Positions 49,668 to 50,836 of a stretch of 50,836 nucleotides of DNA are shown here, piece after piece. Origin of the DNA: a bacterium (GTDB lineage: Bacteria; Patescibacteriota; Patescibacteriia; JBDRHN01); the NCBI GenBank assembly GCA_043816765.1, contig JBDRHN010000058.1, positions 1 to 50,836 of the forward strand. Direction: 5' to 3'. A program made the translations under genes and the position numbers. The notes below the pieces were generated by a model. It had not been told where the DNA came from and searched no databases. It was given only the letters and a program-made list of their open reading frames with translations. Numbering within the stretch: the stretch's first letter is position 1; each line of letters begins with the position of its first letter.

Positions 49668-49783
49668 GGTTTTGTTATAATTTTCAATTTTCAATTCTCA
49701 ATTTTCAATCAATTTAAATTTTCAAACATTTTTCAACGCTCCGCCGCAGATATTCTAAGTCAAATTTTTAAATATTGCGCCTT

Positions 49784-49867
49784 AGGTGCTGGACACCCAG
49801 CGGGGTGTCCAGCACCTTTACTTCCGCTCTCGCCGCAGTCTCCCGAAGGGGACTGCGGCGCGGGAAC
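49784..49867. repeat. Family-D (49784-49817) and family-A (49826-49867) palindromes
   Basis: aggtgctggacaccc-agcg-gggtgtccagcacct; cgccgcagtctcc-cgaa-ggggactgcggcg. Confidence 0.9.
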
Positions 49868-49896
49868 GAAATAAACTTATTTCACTCATTTAAACT

Positions 49897-50274
49897 TTAA
49901 AACTTAAAAATAACTGTCCAATGATATGTAATTTGCGATATTATAAAGATAGGTAAAATTATGTAGGCGATAAATACAATAAAAGTTAACACCGCCCATG
50001 CGGCTACAAAAATTGAACGGACGATAATTTGGAACAGGCGCATAAAAAAACTGATTAATCTGCCTTGCCAACTGTATTCGCCAAACATAGGAACAAAAAT
50101 ATTTTTTATCCAAACTTTCAAATTCCATCTTTCCGCGGTTGCTTTGATAGAATTGACGCACCCCACGGCGGCTTTCTTGAGTCCTGTTGTGTACCACCAC
50201 ACGGGAAATTTAACAATATCTCCGATCAGATCGTGAAATACAAATTTTAATTCATTTTTTACAACTGTTTGCAT
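49897..50274 (-). CDS. Hypothetical membrane protein upstream of the Clp ATPase
   Basis: 125-aa ORF, FPVWWY, IFVPMFG, GRLISFFMR, hydrophobic C-terminus. Confidence 0.75.
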   Translation of the reverse strand: MQTVVKNELKFVFHDLIGDIVKFPVWWYTTGLKKAAVGCVNSIKATAERWNLKVWIKNIFVPMFGEYSWQGRLISFFMRLFQIIVRSIFVAAWAVLTFIVFIAYIILPIFIISQITYHWTVIFKF

Positions 50275-50465
50275 AAGGTTATTTTTATTCTTTTTATTAT
50301 TTTAGCATATTTTTACAGCAATGTCATTCCCTCAACGTTTTCCAGAAAAATTCAAACATCATTCTCATCATTTTACATAGTTAGTGTGTAAAAACACCTT
50401 CATTTTTTGGCTAAAATATGCTAAGATAAGGGTATAAAGTGATTAATTTTTTAACTTTTAACCTT

Positions 50466-50746
50466 ATGCAAGTATTATTTTCCAGCCGTCAAACAAACTT
50501 GTTTGAACAATTTGCCAACCCCCATTTTAAAGTTGGCGAGGATTGCCAGAAGCGATTGATAAGCATAAACAACTATACGGCAAACCGCCCAACGAAGCAG
50601 CTGCTGACAGAAATTATTATTCGCAAGACAACAAAGATTATGCCAAACAAGCGGGTGTTAAACATACCTGCAAATTAGACAGATGTCTTTACAGGGGCGA
50701 AGCTGGAATCCAGGAGTTCTTGCAATTCCTCCTGGATTCCAAATAA
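50466..50746 (+). pseudogene. Internally deleted IS5/IS4-like DDE transposase remnant
   Basis: EAIDKHKQLYGKPPNEAAADRNYYS resembles the DDE second-Asp motif (xADxGY); short and split over two frames. Confidence 0.5.
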
Positions 50747-50836
50747 ATTTTTAATCTTGCCGCCGCAGGTTATTTTTAACGCGATATTATTCTGTTTTAA
50801 TTGGTTTATTTAATTCCACAGAAAAAATTTTTTGGA

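Overview
AT-rich bacterial chromosomal segment, most genes on the - strand. Gene content (DUF4012 protein, CPR-type pilin, IleRS with an inserted histidine-phosphatase domain, group-3b-type hydrogenase subunit, TM-anchored Clp ATPase) suggests a Patescibacteria/CPR organism (inference). Housekeeping genes include rpsL, rpsG, prs, gap, tgt, polA, recG, rmlA fused to a GT2, ileS with an Ile T-box, ychF, leuA/leuC/leuD, thrS and a sigma-70 factor. Two unusual layers sit on top. (1) An ~85-codon in-frame insertion in ileS (~23886-24140) carries, on the opposite strand, an apparent two-RNA cassette: promoter 1, a 68-nt tRNA-like RNA with a G3.U70/A73 (Ala-type) acceptor stem but a GAU (Ile) anticodon, promoter 2, a small RNA complementary to the anticodon and D arms of the first, and an intrinsic terminator. 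This is the best candidate for an undescribed system (RNA toxin/antitoxin or tRNA-mimic regulator). (2) About 30 short palindromic REP-like elements of four families, many inserted in frame in housekeeping genes or supplying stop codons, together with a RAYT-like remnant and several other gene fragments. No rRNA, canonical tRNA or CRISPR array was seen.
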